Origin: the human T2T-CHM13v2.0 reference genome, Homo sapiens
Direction: 5' to 3' (one strand)
NCBI RefSeq assembly: GCF_009914755.1
Contig: NC_060925.1
Length of the DNA: 64,000 nucleotides
Made by a program: the position numbers and the translations under genes. How positions within the stretch are numbered: position 1 is the first letter of the stretch; every line of letters begins with the position of its first letter. Positions 36,601-49,767 of the stretch are shown in pieces. Below the pieces are notes generated by a model. That model saw nothing but the letters and a program-made list of their open reading frames with translations, ran no database searches and was not told the origin of the DNA.

Positions 36601-39600
36601 GTTTATGGGGAGAGAAACTTTGAGATGAATTAATCCACAGGTCCAATGGGACTTTGACATTTTAATTTGTAGAAATAAAACTTGCCTTTGATTTTGCCAT
36701 CTGGATTCCCCAAACACGTATCTACAGAGTGGAACTGTGGTGCCCCTTGACCTGCAGGGTGGCCCCAGGCCTGCCTTGCCCCGCTGGCAGTTGCCCAGGA
36801 AGGTGTGTAGGAGCTGGCAGGCGTCAGTACGAAGCTGCAGCTGGTGTGTGTCTCGTTCAGAGCCTTTCTCACTAAGCCCGTCCTGACCAATCCTTGCTCT
36901 GCCCTCTGTATTTGTTTCCTGTTGCCTGCACACTGGGATAGAAGGAGTCAAGGGGAAGGTGGTGCCACAGGGGCGGGGCTCAGAGGCAACAGAGCGCTGC
37001 TAGGGCTGCAGCGACAGCAGAAGTATTACCTGGCAGGAGAACAGCAGGCCCAGCCCAAGGGATAAAGTTGAAGATTCCCCACTTCTCCCAGTTTCCTCCC
37101 CTCCCTGAAATGCTCAGGAGAGCCCTGTGTTTCTATAATGACAGGCACTTCCCCTCAGAGTCAGGCTGCACAGCAGCCAGGGTAGGAGATATCTGAAGAA
37201 ATATCATGTAAAAGGAGCCTGGCCCTGCCTTGTGTGGTCACAAAGAGCAGAACTCGGTCCACACATTGGATACACAGGAAGACATATTGACTCAATATTA
37301 AGAAACTTCTGGGCATCAGGGCGAATCTGAGATGGTTTGGGTTGCCTTTTGAGGTAGTGAGCGCCGTCTCTCAGGATGTACAAGCTCAGATTGTCCAACC
37401 ATTTGACTAGAGTTTACAAAGGATATTCAAGCATCAGAGGGTCTTTGGGGTCCCTTTCTGCTTTAAGATTCTAAGATTTGGTGTCCATCCCCACTACCCA
37501 GGGAAGTCTTTCCCAGGGACCATGCAGAAAATTCATTGGCTCTGGACAGGTTCTTCCAGGCCCAGCCCTTCTGCTCCTCACTTCCATTCACCCACTTCTG
37601 ACTCTTCTTTCTGGGAGTCTTCTGAGAAAGCCCTCTAAAATCTCAACCCTACTCCTGTCCAGCCTCAAAGTTGTCAAAAGGTATTGAGATGATGACTAGC
37701 CCTTTCTTAAGAGGACATGGGTGAGAATGCAAAAAGAAACACAGAGCTTGCGCCTCAAGGAGAATGTCCCAACTGGGAGGGATGTGAGGTTTGGGGCCAG
37801 GACAGAGGGAAGGTCTGAGCTATTTAAAGCCAGACAAATCAAGAATAACTCAGGAATAACTCAGCAGTGTCAGAAATGAGGACCTTCCAGGTAACCTGGG
37901 CATGATTTCCCCTGACATATCTCAGAGTCTGGTAGGGGAGGCAGGTTGCCATAGGCAGCAGCCCAGGAGGGGAAGAGACCTATGGTCTGCAGTGAGCCAT
38001 CTGCTTCTTTCACAGTTCTCTGCCAGGCTACCACTCTTTGCAGAAGCAGCAGTTAGGAGGAGAGAGAGTGAGAGATAGAGTGAGGAGCTCACTGTCCCTG
38101 AGTCTCCACAGCCCACAAATCCAGACTTCTTGTCTGAGGTTCCAGCGTCTCCTTCCACCATCACCTAAACCACGGCCACTTGTCCTGACCCTGAAAGCCC
38201 TGTCTGTCTTTGAACTCTCTCAGCCCCTTTCATCTGAGCCTAATCCAAATGCTTTTACTGAGACCAAGTAATGTCCAGCTGTGACTCGAGTCACAGGTGG
38301 GGGTGCTGAGGCTTTCAGGGGTAGTAAAGGACATCCCAGCACCCCACTGAGTCAGGGACAGCATGGCTTAGCTACCAGGGCAGCTGCTGAGTCACATCCA
38401 GCTGGAGCTGCTTCTGCCGCAGATGCAAAAGTACTGAGACCGCCTCCAACCCACAACAGGCACATGTGGGCAGGTAGGACATAGGGCCCAGCCAGGAGCC
38501 AGGAGGCACATGCCTGGGAGGCAACTGCCTGCTGATCTGACTCAGTGCCCCGGCAGGGAGCCCAACCCCTGGATTCCCTAGAGTGGACTAGTTCAGTCTG
38601 ACATTATAAGGGCTGGAAGACCCCCAAGGCAGAAGACAGGGGGCTGGGAAGTCCACGGGAAGCTAATATGTACCTTTATACATAAAATAATGTAAAAAGT
38701 AGATATGAAAAGATCAGATACCCATATAACAATGTCAATAATAGTGTTGGCAATTAAGAAAAAAGGCTTTATATTAACAAAGATGATGCAGCAAACTGCA
38801 CTTCCTACTTATCTCTTACAGCCTCTCACACAGCCCTGTGTTGATTCAGTGGCTTAGAGGAGTACACAGAGCTCACCATCTCCACCTTTGAGCATGAGAA
38901 GGGGAAAGCTTAAACCTCCTCAGCAGAAAGCACCTCCACTAAAGGTCCAACCTCTAGCAGCAAGACTGAGCCTAGGAACCCACTGGAGTCCTCAGAAGAA
39001 TGCCCATTTTCTCTTTGTCTCCAGGCCCTAGCCTTACTCTGCAGGCTCAGCTCACACAGTGTCCTGCTGAGTCTGCCACTACTATCATGCAGCCTAACCC
39101 CACCAGTCCCCACTTAACACTGGGAGATTTCTCTGTAATTATCCCCACTGCCATTTCTGAGTGAGATTGGTAGAGGGTTTATAAAAGATTGCCGAGATGT
39201 AGTTGACTGGCCTCAGATCCCAACTACCTGCCTGGCTCTCAAGAGTGTCAGGCATCTTAGAACTAGATTCTTACTGGTTCAGACTAGTTCTGGAGCCCAT
39301 GAAAGCCTGGGTGTGACTTCTTAGGAATCCCAAGAGAAGAAATTGAAACTCTCTTCTACTTCATGGGCCAATTCCAAGATGGAGAACTCCTGATGAGAGT
39401 AAAAGGGTCAACCCTGAGGCAGAGCCCTGAGATTCTCTCCCAAACCATCTTCACTTGCTCAGAAGTGGCTATATTCTCTCTTCTCCAAAGCCAGACCTTT
39501 ATTCACGTAACCTATAACTGCCCCTGTGTCCAGGCCCAGTCGACAGTCTCACTCACTTTTAGTAAGGCTTTGGGATCTTCCCGGACCCAAAGACCTACAT

Positions 39601-41390
39601 TTTCACCAGCAGCAGCTCTGGTCAAATGCTGGCCTTACTGTCAACCTGTGATGTTGGCCCATTTTTGTCTAAGTGGGCTCAGAAGTTAGCAGTGGGTGTG
39701 GAACCCCCTTTCTCCTCAATCCTTTCTCCATAGTGGCCCATTTTTTCCAGCCCTGAGATGGATGACTTAGGTGTGAGCCTAGGCAAACTCTTAAGCACCC
39801 AGGCTCTTTCTAGCTTTCCTGGGAAAGAGTGTCTCCTGAACTAGGCAAAGCCTTGTTCCCTGGTCCCTGCAGGCATCAGCTAAGCAACAGGTGATGCTCA
39901 GAGAGAACCTTTGCCAGTGCCCCAACTGCAGATGAGTCCCAGAATCCTCAGCGGCATTGCCATGTCTTCTCTCCCATCCGAGGCTGGGTACCACATCTTC
40001 CCAAGACCCCTAGGGAGGAAGGCATCAGCTTCCCTAGGAAGGAGGGTTGCAGTTAAAGGTGCTGAGCAGGGACGGTGAGAAAGCCTCTTTCCCAAACAGT
40101 TGGTCGGGCGGGGCAACAATCTTTCCTGGTGGAAAAGGTGGAGAAGGCACCTGGGGAAGCTGTGGCTGTCCTGAGGAAAAGGAAGCACAGGAAACAGCTT
40201 ACTGACTCTCCCTGGGCCCTATGAAAAGAGGACTCTTGCCTGAGGCCCTTGTAACCTGGAGTTGTAAACATCCAGGACGCACCCAACAGATTCCTCACCT
40301 CCTCTAGTGCAGGGCCCATCAGGGAAGGCAAGACTGGGCTCTGGATTTGAGAGATGAATCCATCCCCAGGGGTAGAGAGGGACCTCATTGTCACAGCAGC
40401 TGGAGGAAAGCCCTTTCCCCTAGGCATACAAAAACAGGGTACATGGCTCCATCCCTAGAAGCTAGCAGTCCAGCCCCAAAGGGGCACCTGACAACCAGGT
40501 GAGAGGCCAAAAAGGCAGAGATGATTCCAAAGGTACAAGAAATTTGGTGGGAGCAGCTCAGGGGAGAAAACAGGAGCAGACCGGCATAAATGAGCAGCTT
40601 CTGAGTGGGCAGCAAGGTCTGTTGTGCTCAGTGAGTGCCTGAAATGTACCTGGCATGTGGTAGGCACTCAGTCAGTATCTGAATAAGTGAATGAATGATT
40701 AAAGTATAGTTTGGGGCAAAGTGAGACAAGTTAAAAACAGACGAAAATGGTTTGGGAGCCCCACCTATGGGAGTGAGGTGGACTGAGGAGAGCCCAGCCA
40801 CAGGAGGGGCTGAGTTCGGGTGAGGGGACTGGACTGGCAGGGTGGGGAGTGCAGGGCTCTTGGTGTGCCCTAGTGGGGCATGGGCCTGTGTCTGTGTTGC
40901 AGCATTGCCTGGAATTGAAAGGGTTCTGGTGGGAGAGAGCTGAGACAGGCAGAGTGAGCCCCAGGTTCAAACTTCACTCCCTCCACAGATGTGATCTGAG
41001 TCATGGGTGTGATCCCAGTAAGAGCCTTGCCTCACCTGGCCCTGGTGCCTCCTTCACCAGCTCCGCCTGGCCAAGCCTTGCCCCAGCCCCCACTGAGAGG
41101 CAACTGTAGCTCTGCCTCAATGCCCTGAAATGCTTCTGAACTGGGCGTCAGGGTGGAGCTGAGACAAGATTGTGATCCCAGGGAATCACAAAAAGGCCAG
41201 GAGACACCAGGACAAAGGGACCTCCTGGCTTAGGAGAAACCATCATAAAAGAGCATCTTCCCATTCCCTTACCCTCAGCCCCACACCACCCACACTCGGG
41301 TTCCCCCCAACCTATTTTACTCCATCTTCAGTACCCTGTAGCAGCCACATTCCCACAAGAAAGCCAAGCTGTTCCTTAAAGTCAAGTAGA

Positions 41391-41396
41391 TTTAAT
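41391..41396 (-). terminator. CFAP45: CFAP45 polyadenylation signal ATTAAA
   Basis: tttaat on +, ~100 nt after the stop codon. Confidence 0.7.
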
Positions 41397-41496
41397 CTGT
41401 AACTATGAAATGTCTAGGTTAGCAGCAATTATGGATGCCCAGAGACTGGGCAGAATCTGTCCCCCGAAGGCATCCTGAGGGCCACGAAGGCTCCCC

Positions 41497-41575
41497 TCAG
41501 TTCACAGAGGTAGCTGGCAGGATGTTAGCTTTGCGCTCAGCTTCAATGCAGTACTTCTCGGGAAGGCCAGTGGCT
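41497..41575 (-). CDS. CFAP45: CFAP45 last exon (ATGLPEKYCIEAERKANILPATSVN*)
   Basis: cggcAG acceptor, phase 2, TGA 41499-41497; exons 2-12 plus an upstream ATG give 1656 nt = 551 aa + stop. Confidence 0.95.
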
Positions 41576-41955
41576 CTGCCGGGGAAACGCAGGCAGGTAT
41601 AAGGAAAGGTATTGGACCAGACAGGAGGTGGGAGGAAGCAGGCTCTGGGTGGGGTTTACAGAACCTGGGGGCCTGCACCCCCCAACCCTGCTCTCACAAT
41701 CCACCCCCGAAACACACATTCATGCCAAGGCTCCAGCATCCTGCCAAGGAGCTCCCAGAGAGCCAGCAAGACCCCATCCCAGGACTTACTGCTGGAGCCC
41801 CCTTCAGAGGGATGAGCCCTGGGTGGGGAGAAGAGCCTCTCCCTGAGCATCTCTGCCATGGCCCTTCACCCCCAAATCCCCATGCTTTCCAGCCTGTGGT
41901 GCCATCTCTTTGGGGGAGGGAAGAGGATTTGGGAAAGGAGGAGATTCCAGCGCAC

Positions 41956-42180
41956 CTCAGCTCTTCAAGCTTTTTCCTCTTGATCTCATCGATGCGCTCA
42001 CGGCGTTTCTGGGCCTCCTCTTTGAGGCGCCGGCCCTCCTCAAAGGTGGCAATCCGGTTCTGCACTTCCTTCTGCTGGTTCTCGCGCACCTGGCGCCGGA
42101 GCTCATTGGCATGCTGTAAGCGCCCTGTGGCCTTTTTCTCCTCCTCCAGCCGCTCCTTCTCAATCTGTTCTCTCTGAGCC
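41956..42180 (-). CDS. CFAP45: CFAP45 exon 11 (AQREQIEKERL...KKLEELR), coiled coil
   Basis: ccccAG / AG|GTGCGC; 225 nt. Confidence 0.96.
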
Positions 42181-42485
42181 CTGGGGGAGGGAAACAGGAA
42201 TGGAATGAACTCAGCTGAGCTGGCCCAGGCCAGGAAAGGTGGTGGGGGAGCCTCCTGGGTGGGCTCCTTCAGTAGACATGCCTCAGAGACCACAGCCCTC
42301 TGGGCTCCAGCCCCATTTTGTAACTCAAGGATCAGCCCCCAAAAGCTGCTGCGCATGCATGCCCCCTTCTCCTACCCAGCCAGGACTAGCTCCAGGGTCG
42401 CATGACTGTATGTCATGGGCATGCTTAGAAGGGCCCCCAGCTTGGTTTGATGCTCTGCTTTCACTGTTTTGAAATTCTTAATAAT

Positions 42486-42700
42486 TTTTGAACAAGGGAG
42501 TCCACACTCTCTTGCTCTGTCACCCAGGCTGGAATGCAGTGGTGCTATCATAGCTCACCGCAGCCTCAACCACCTGGGCTCAAGTGATTCTCCCACCTCA
42601 GCCTCCCGAGTAGCTGGGACCACAAGAGAGTGCCACCACACCCAGCTAATTTTTTGTTTATTATTTGTAGAGATGAAGTCTCATTACATTGCCCAAGCTA
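42486..42700 (-). mobile_element. Partial AluJ
   Basis: reverse Alu right arm plus part of left arm. Confidence 0.85.
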
Positions 42701-42834
42701 CACATTCTCAATATTCACTGGGCCCTGAAAATTATGCAACCAGTCTTACACCCAGGGTTTCACCCACTGGGAACTATTGTTCCTACTTCTCCCTGATAAC
42801 AATGTATAACTCCTCTCCAGCTTATCCCGAGATT

Positions 42835-42952
42835 TCTTCTCCTTCCTTCCTTCCTTCCTTCCTTCCTTCCTTCCTTCCTTCCTTCTTCCTTGCTTCCTTC
42901 CTTCTTCCTTGCTTCCTTCCTTCCTTTCCTGCCTCCCTCCCTCCCTCCCTCT
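42835..42952. repeat. (CCTT)n / (CCCT)n polypyrimidine microsatellite
   Basis: direct reading. Confidence 0.95.
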
Positions 42953-43749
42953 ATGCTTGGAAATGTAAAAGATGCATAAAGTGTCATGCTAGCTCCACCC
43001 TGGTTACTGGAAGGAAGGAGCTCAGCCTGATATCGCTCAGTTCTCTTCCTGATCCACCTCTCCAAATTTCCCTTAGAAACCTCTTCCACAAAAATACCTG
43101 ATGGACCCTGACATCAGGGAGAAAATCACTAATGGCAACAGGAAAGGCTCAGAAAACACTCAAATGAAATGCATTCGCATCTCAGAAAAAAATGCATTTA
43201 TAGGCCTTCTTAAGCTAACATCTAATTTTGTTCTCAACATAATTTAAAAAATGAAATGTAAAATCATCTTAGGCAGGAATTTCTCACCTGCTCTCCTCCC
43301 CTAGAGTCACTGATACCCCAACAAAAGGTACCTACAACACTGCTTCATTTCCTCATTTCCCTCTAGCTTTCTTCCAAGATCCACCATACATGCGGCATCC
43401 TCCCCACTCCCAGAAACTCTTTCCATCATGCAAACATCTCCTAAAATTCTGTGCCTTCTACAGAGACTTCCCAGTTTACCCGAAGAATACTGTTGGCTTC
43501 CTCAGCCCTCTGTATTTAGACACCAAATCCTGACTTCCCAGACACATCTCTGATAGCAGGGGGACTCTCCTCTTTGCCTTGCCATTGTTTTCCTATATTT
43601 AGAACAGTTTTCTATTGTTTCACCCTCTTCTGAGTGAAGGGGTAAGTGTGGAAAAGGGGGACTTGTATGTGTCACTAGAGAGCCCCGGTGGTGCCAGGCA
43701 GTTGAAAATCCAAATGAGGATGAACCTGGTCGTTCCATCGGGTTAGGGC

Positions 43750-43908
43750 AGTGATCACAGAGCCTAGCTACATTTTAGAATCACCTGGGAGCTTTTGAAA
43801 CAGACTCATGCATGGGCCTAATCCCAGACCATTTAAATCACAATCTAGGAAGTGAAGCCTGGTCATCGTATTTTTCAAAAGCTCCAAGACATTTCTAAAA
43901 ACCACTTG
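43750..43908. mobile_element. MER5A-like hAT-Charlie MITE
   Basis: acattttagaatcacctgggagcttttgaaa...tttttcaaaagctccaag. Confidence 0.65.
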
Positions 43909-45598
43909 GTAGAGGAAGACAGCTATCTCTGCTTAGTCAACAGGCTGAGAAGTATGGACATCCCTCTGTCCAGAAACAAAAGTCCACATATAGGCCATAG
44001 AGGAGGCTGTGCTTTTGAGGCAGAGAAAGTTGGATTTGGGCTGTGGCAGAGATGCTTCTGAGTAAAGACACCAAACATGGTGGTCACATGGCCCTGGAGA
44101 CACTAGGCCTAGATACTAACCTACAACAATAGGTGAAGTTGAACTTCTCCAAAAAGGCTGGTCTAGCTTTAATAACTGGCTAGTGCATATGCTTCAGGCA
44201 AATGATGCAAAGGAAAGATAAATGGGTCGGCAGCAAAAGTAGGACTTAAATTTCATTTCATTAATATTTATTAGTGCCTGTTAACAGCAACACAGATGTC
44301 CAAGGGCATAGAGGCCAGGGAGGAGAGAGGAGACATCTGGAAGGCAGTCTGTAGCCCAAGGGCAGAATCTTGGGGGGCATTTAGGAAGCTACTTTCTTCA
44401 CTAGGTGTCCAGTGACCATGGCACAACCCTGGGGGCAGAGAAAATTACAGAGCCAAAGGGTATCATGGCAGGGGGGACATGCTGGGGCCTGCAGTCCAAT
44501 AAAAGGCCAAAAATCTGGCTCTCGTAAGGATAGAGGCTCCCGAAGACCTGCTCTGCCTCTAACTAGGGGTCTGGGTAGCCTGGTCTGGCATGCCACTAAC
44601 TACCCATTGCCAAGAGGAAGGACTTAGAGCATATGAACCAAGAAAGTGATGCTATACTGTTTAATCTCTACTTATCTGAGCATAATGTCTATAATTTTGT
44701 ATCCCTTCAATTCGAATTTTGCTTGGCTTGTTTCCTTTTGAAAAATTCTAATGTTGTAGAGTCTGAACCAGAGCAAAAAGAGAGTCATTCCCAGTTAGAC
44801 CAGGAGAACAGCCCCAGGGACCAGGTCTGACTGGTGGAAAACAGAGCAGAGAGGGAAACCAATGGGAGCTGTGACTGTTGACTGCTTTTGGGGAGGGAGC
44901 AGAACAGTGAGAGATGTGAACATTTAGCTTCCACTTATGTGTTGAAATTATCATTGAGCCAAAAGGGAAAACAAAAGTAAAAGGATAAAGAGCTACCAAG
45001 GAAGAAAGATGGATTGATGTAGGTGCAGTCCATCCAAACACAAATCTCTAATACCTTTCCTGTGGAATGGGCAAGAGCAGTGTTTTGTTAATTGCTAATG
45101 TCCTCCATGGCATCCAGCACAGAGCCCTGCATTTCTGTGCTTAATATATATTTGTCAAATGAACGGCAAACAGCTCCCTTAAAGTCCTGCTCCAGTGACT
45201 CACAACCCTTAGTGTCTGAAGTTCTTTTCTCTATCTTTCCTAAACCACTCCTCTTGCAGTTTCATCCCCAATTTGCAGGGGCACATGGGTCAGAGGGCAG
45301 CAGAATGGACCAGAATTTTACCTTTATTTATACTTTTACTGTTCCAGGGTAAATAATCCCAGTCATCACCAATTCCTTAAGCAATTCCAGGTGCTATCTC
45401 CCAATTCTCTAATCACATAATTCTTGGCTCAAGTGATTTTTAAAAGTTTCAATCATCCATCTAGTTATAATGATCCCACCAACCCAGACAAGATCGACGA
45501 GCATCTGTTAACATGCCAGAAAGCTTCTCTCTATCCAATATGGACCATCCCTGCTACAGTACAAGGAAAGGAATCCAAGGTTCCCAGGCCCCTCCTAC

Positions 45599-45792
45599 CG
45601 AAGAATCCTCTCGAACTCATCCCGGTCCCGTTGCACCTGAACAGCCAGAGCGTGCTCCTTGAAAGCCACCTGTTCGAGCCGACTTTTTCGCAGCTCAGCC
45701 TCTGTTTCCATCTTCTTCCGCGCATTTTCCTTTTCCTTTCTGCGCCACTCTCTGTCTGCAACCTCCTGGTTGCGCTTGGCCCGCAAGGCATC
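45599..45792 (-). CDS. CFAP45: CFAP45 exon 10 (DALRAKRNQE...DEFERILR)
   Basis: tcccAG / CG|GTAGGA; 194 nt. Confidence 0.96.
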
Positions 45793-46391
45793 CTGGGAAT
45801 GTTGGCAGGGGACCAGTGAGGGCACAAAATAGCTGGAAGTACAGACCAAGTGGCTTTAAGAAGATACCTACTTACAGACTCTGACAGTCTGCTTTGAAAA
45901 GCATCATGAATTTCTCTGGCAGCTAGTTATTCTAGGAAAAGATAAATGGAATCCTGTCATCAAACCTTTGGGTTAGAAGATAACCTGAGGGGTCATCTTG
46001 TCCTTCCAACCCACTCATCCCAGTTCTTTCCCTGTACCTCAGACATCTCCAGGCAGTCTTGAAATTGCTTCTAATTTTAAAAACTGCTAATGATGGAGAT
46101 ACCACAGGTTCCCCTGGTGACACATTTCATTGGTTGGTTAAGGTTGAAAGTTCTTCTTTATGGAGCAGCGAAAAACTTTCTCTTGAACCTTAAGCACAGG
46201 CTGCACTGCCCAATCCCTGCTGACACAGGCCCTGGGAGCAGGCCACCCCTTCCTTCTCAGACTACTGAAGTCTAGGTAACTTGCATCCTTTCCTCCGCAT
46301 CTCCACCCTCAAGGCCATTCTACAGGCTGTCAAAGGGATGGATAGGCAAGGGAGTGGGAAAAGTAGAGGGAAGTCGAGACTAAGCAGGTAC

Positions 46392-46505
46392 CTGTTCTGC
46401 CTGGTAATCCTGGGCCTTCTCCTGCATGGCCCTCAAGCGTGCGATCTCCTTCTCTTTCTCCCTCCGGATTCTCTCCTGCTCAGCCTCAAACTCTGCTTCT
46501 CGAGC
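46392..46505 (-). CDS. CFAP45: CFAP45 exon 9 (AREAEFEAEQ...QDYQAEQ)
   Basis: ccggcAG / CAG|GTACCT; 114 nt. Confidence 0.95.
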
Positions 46506-46637
46506 CTGCCGGAAGGAAAGGCCTTGTAGAATAGTTGCCATTGCCCCAGCCTTGCAGAGAGAAACAAAACCCCTACAACAGACTTTCCAATATCTCCCCT
46601 ACCACTTCCTGACTCCTTTTAAAATAGGACAAAATAA

Positions 46638-46921
46638 GGCCAGGTGCCGTGGCTCATGCCTATAATCCTAGCACTTTGGGAGGTTGAGGCAGGAGGACCA
46701 CTTGAGCCCAGGAGTTCATGACCAGCCTAGGCCACAGAGAAAGACTCTGTCTCTACTAGAAATCTAAAAATTAGCCAGGCATGGTGGCATGTGCCTATAG
46801 TCCCAGCTACTCGGGAAGCTGAGATAGGAGGACTGCTTGAACCTGGGAAGTCGAGGATGCAGTGAATCATGATTGCATTACTGCATTCCCCTGGGCAACA
46901 GAGTAAGACCTTGTCTCAAAA

Positions 46922-46956
<35 letters not shown>
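46638..46956 (+). mobile_element. AluJ with (AAAT)n tail
   Basis: diverged Alu dimer, tail microsatellite 46918-46956. Confidence 0.92.
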
Positions 46957-47385
46957 GGTAAAATGAATTTAGCAATGCATGAATATAAAACAATTAGCAT
47001 TTATAAAATGCTTTATTGTTTACAAAACACTTTCCTATGTGTTATCCTGGAGAGCCCTCACAACATTTCCTGAGACAGATATTATAGATGAGGAAACGGA
47101 TGGTCAGAAAGATCAAGGGTCTTGCCCAAGATTGCACAGGAAGTAAACTACCTAACAGGATTTGAACACAGGTACCCTGACCCTGGCTTTCACACTCCTT
47201 CCACTATGTCATAGACAATTTTCAAGTTGCAAGGCTACTGGGCCAAGAAACAACTGGTCCTGTGCCTGTCTTGTAAAGTACAGCAGGTGGAGGTTATCTC
47301 ATTAGTCCCTGGGCAAAGAGCCAACCATGCTTTGGGCAGTCCCACAGTGGTTACCAGATACTTAAAGAATGAACCACCAAAATTA

Positions 47386-47853
<468 letters not shown>

Positions 47854-49620
47854 CCTTGCCCTCATTCTACCTGCCCAGACTTCTGTGAAGCCCAGTGAGT
47901 TGTCCCTGTAAGTTGTACGGGGCTGTTGTCAAGCTGCTTCCTTTGTCCACCCTGCCCTAGATAACAGGACAGGGAACTCTGGGTGTTTCTACAACCAATT
48001 TCTGCTTTTAGCTCTGCAGGGGCAGCCCTGGCTGCAAGAATAGATACCACCGTGAGGTCGGTAAGGGCTTGTGATATACGTAGATACTTACGGTGGACTG
48101 TGGACATGCCCAAGTGCCTGATTCCGTGGCCAGTCTCCAGCCTCTCCCAGCTACACCTTGACAATGTCCTTTCCATGATAAAGACAAGATATACTCCTCT
48201 CTTGCTTAGAAATTCATGGCGACTCCTTATCATTCCACTCTTCCAGCTCCACTCAATGTCCAAGACACCCCAACAACTGCTCTTAGCTCTCTGTCATCTC
48301 ACCACCCTCATTTCTTATTATATCCACTACCAACCCTCTGCTGCAGCCAGAAAATATGTGCACTAACTCCTACACAGAATTAGCTCATCATCCCCACCTT
48401 CATTCACTTGGGAAAATAGTGGTTGAGTTCCAATGGTACAGCATTATCCTAGGTATTTTCAGCCTAGTCTGACTGGACACATATTGAAGCATCCAGTATA
48501 TTTTGAATCATCAGTGACCATTTCACAGGATTATTGTAAAGATTAAAAGAGATAACACGTGTAAAACACTTAGCACGGAGCCTATGCACAGACTAGGTGC
48601 TCACTAAATGATAGTTATGTGATTGTTATTATGTAGGAATCATCTATGTCCCCAAACCTGCATTCTCACTCTATTGCTTGCATAGAGTGTCCCCAGCATC
48701 CAATAAGAATACTAAAGCCAATAAGTGAGCTTCGCTGAGCTTCATTTTCTGTGGTTTGTATTCAGAACATATAGGTGTACCAAATATGCCATTCAAATTA
48801 TACTCACACCCTCCCCCTGGCCTTCTTTAAAAATCACTACTATAGAGGAGCATAGAGAAGTACAATGTGTTTCTGTCATCATGGAATTTCAAAACTAGCA
48901 GGGCAGACAAGATCAACACATGAAGAATTTAATAACTTTCCTGCCACCTTGAGTACTTCCTCCTCTTTTTACATAAATCCATGTTCACTTTATCTATACC
49001 ACTCTTAAAAGCCTTCTTCTACTCTCCAATCCCCGTAGATCCCAATCATTTTATTACTCAATTTTGCCCCAGAATGAGCTGACACATTCATGAGCTACAT
49101 CCATCTGCAACTGTCTGCAGGTATGGCTCTCTCCTCCACTGTGCATTTGCTCTGTCATATAGGTTCTTTGGTGGGAGATGGGGGAAGACTATTTTCTGAG
49201 TCTAGCACCCAATACAGGATGTCCAATATAGGCATTTGCACAAGAAATTTATGTAACCGCTGACTCATGATTACCGGGGGTATAATTACGCAAGTCATGA
49301 CAAATCCACAAAAAAACTCACTTTCACCAATAGTTTCAGTTTTCTTTTCTGCCTGCATATGGCCCTCATCCCAACTTCTAATCAAAGGTGTTAATGAGGT
49401 TAAAGCTAATTTGGTTGTCCTTTCTAGGCTGTCTCTGTTAACGAACAAGTGGACTGGCTAAGATGAAGAGACAAAGAAGCCAGGCCCTTGAACTAAGGAT
49501 GTGCATCTTAGAATGAAGGTGCGGCTGCCTTCCACTGGAGTTCCCTTAGTTCTCAGGCCCTCCTCTCCCTGTGACAGACATTCCATTCCTAACCAAAGGT
49601 CCCAGAAACCAAGTCCCTAC

Positions 49621-49767
49621 CATCTTCTTCTTGGTAAACTCCATCACCATCTGGTCTGCCAGCTTCTCCTGAGCCAGCAGTTCTGCTTTCTGTTTCTGGT
49701 TTTCATCATTGATGCGCTTAATCTCAGCTTGCATCTTCAGTTTTTGTTGCTGCCTTCGTTCCATGTC
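49621..49767 (-). CDS. CFAP45: CFAP45 exon 8 (DMERRQQQK...EFTKKKM)
   Basis: ctggcAG / ATG|GTAGGG; 147 nt. Confidence 0.96.

Noticed and set aside
42469-43101. 210-aa plus-strand ORF
   Set aside because: Made of Alu and (CCTT)n translation
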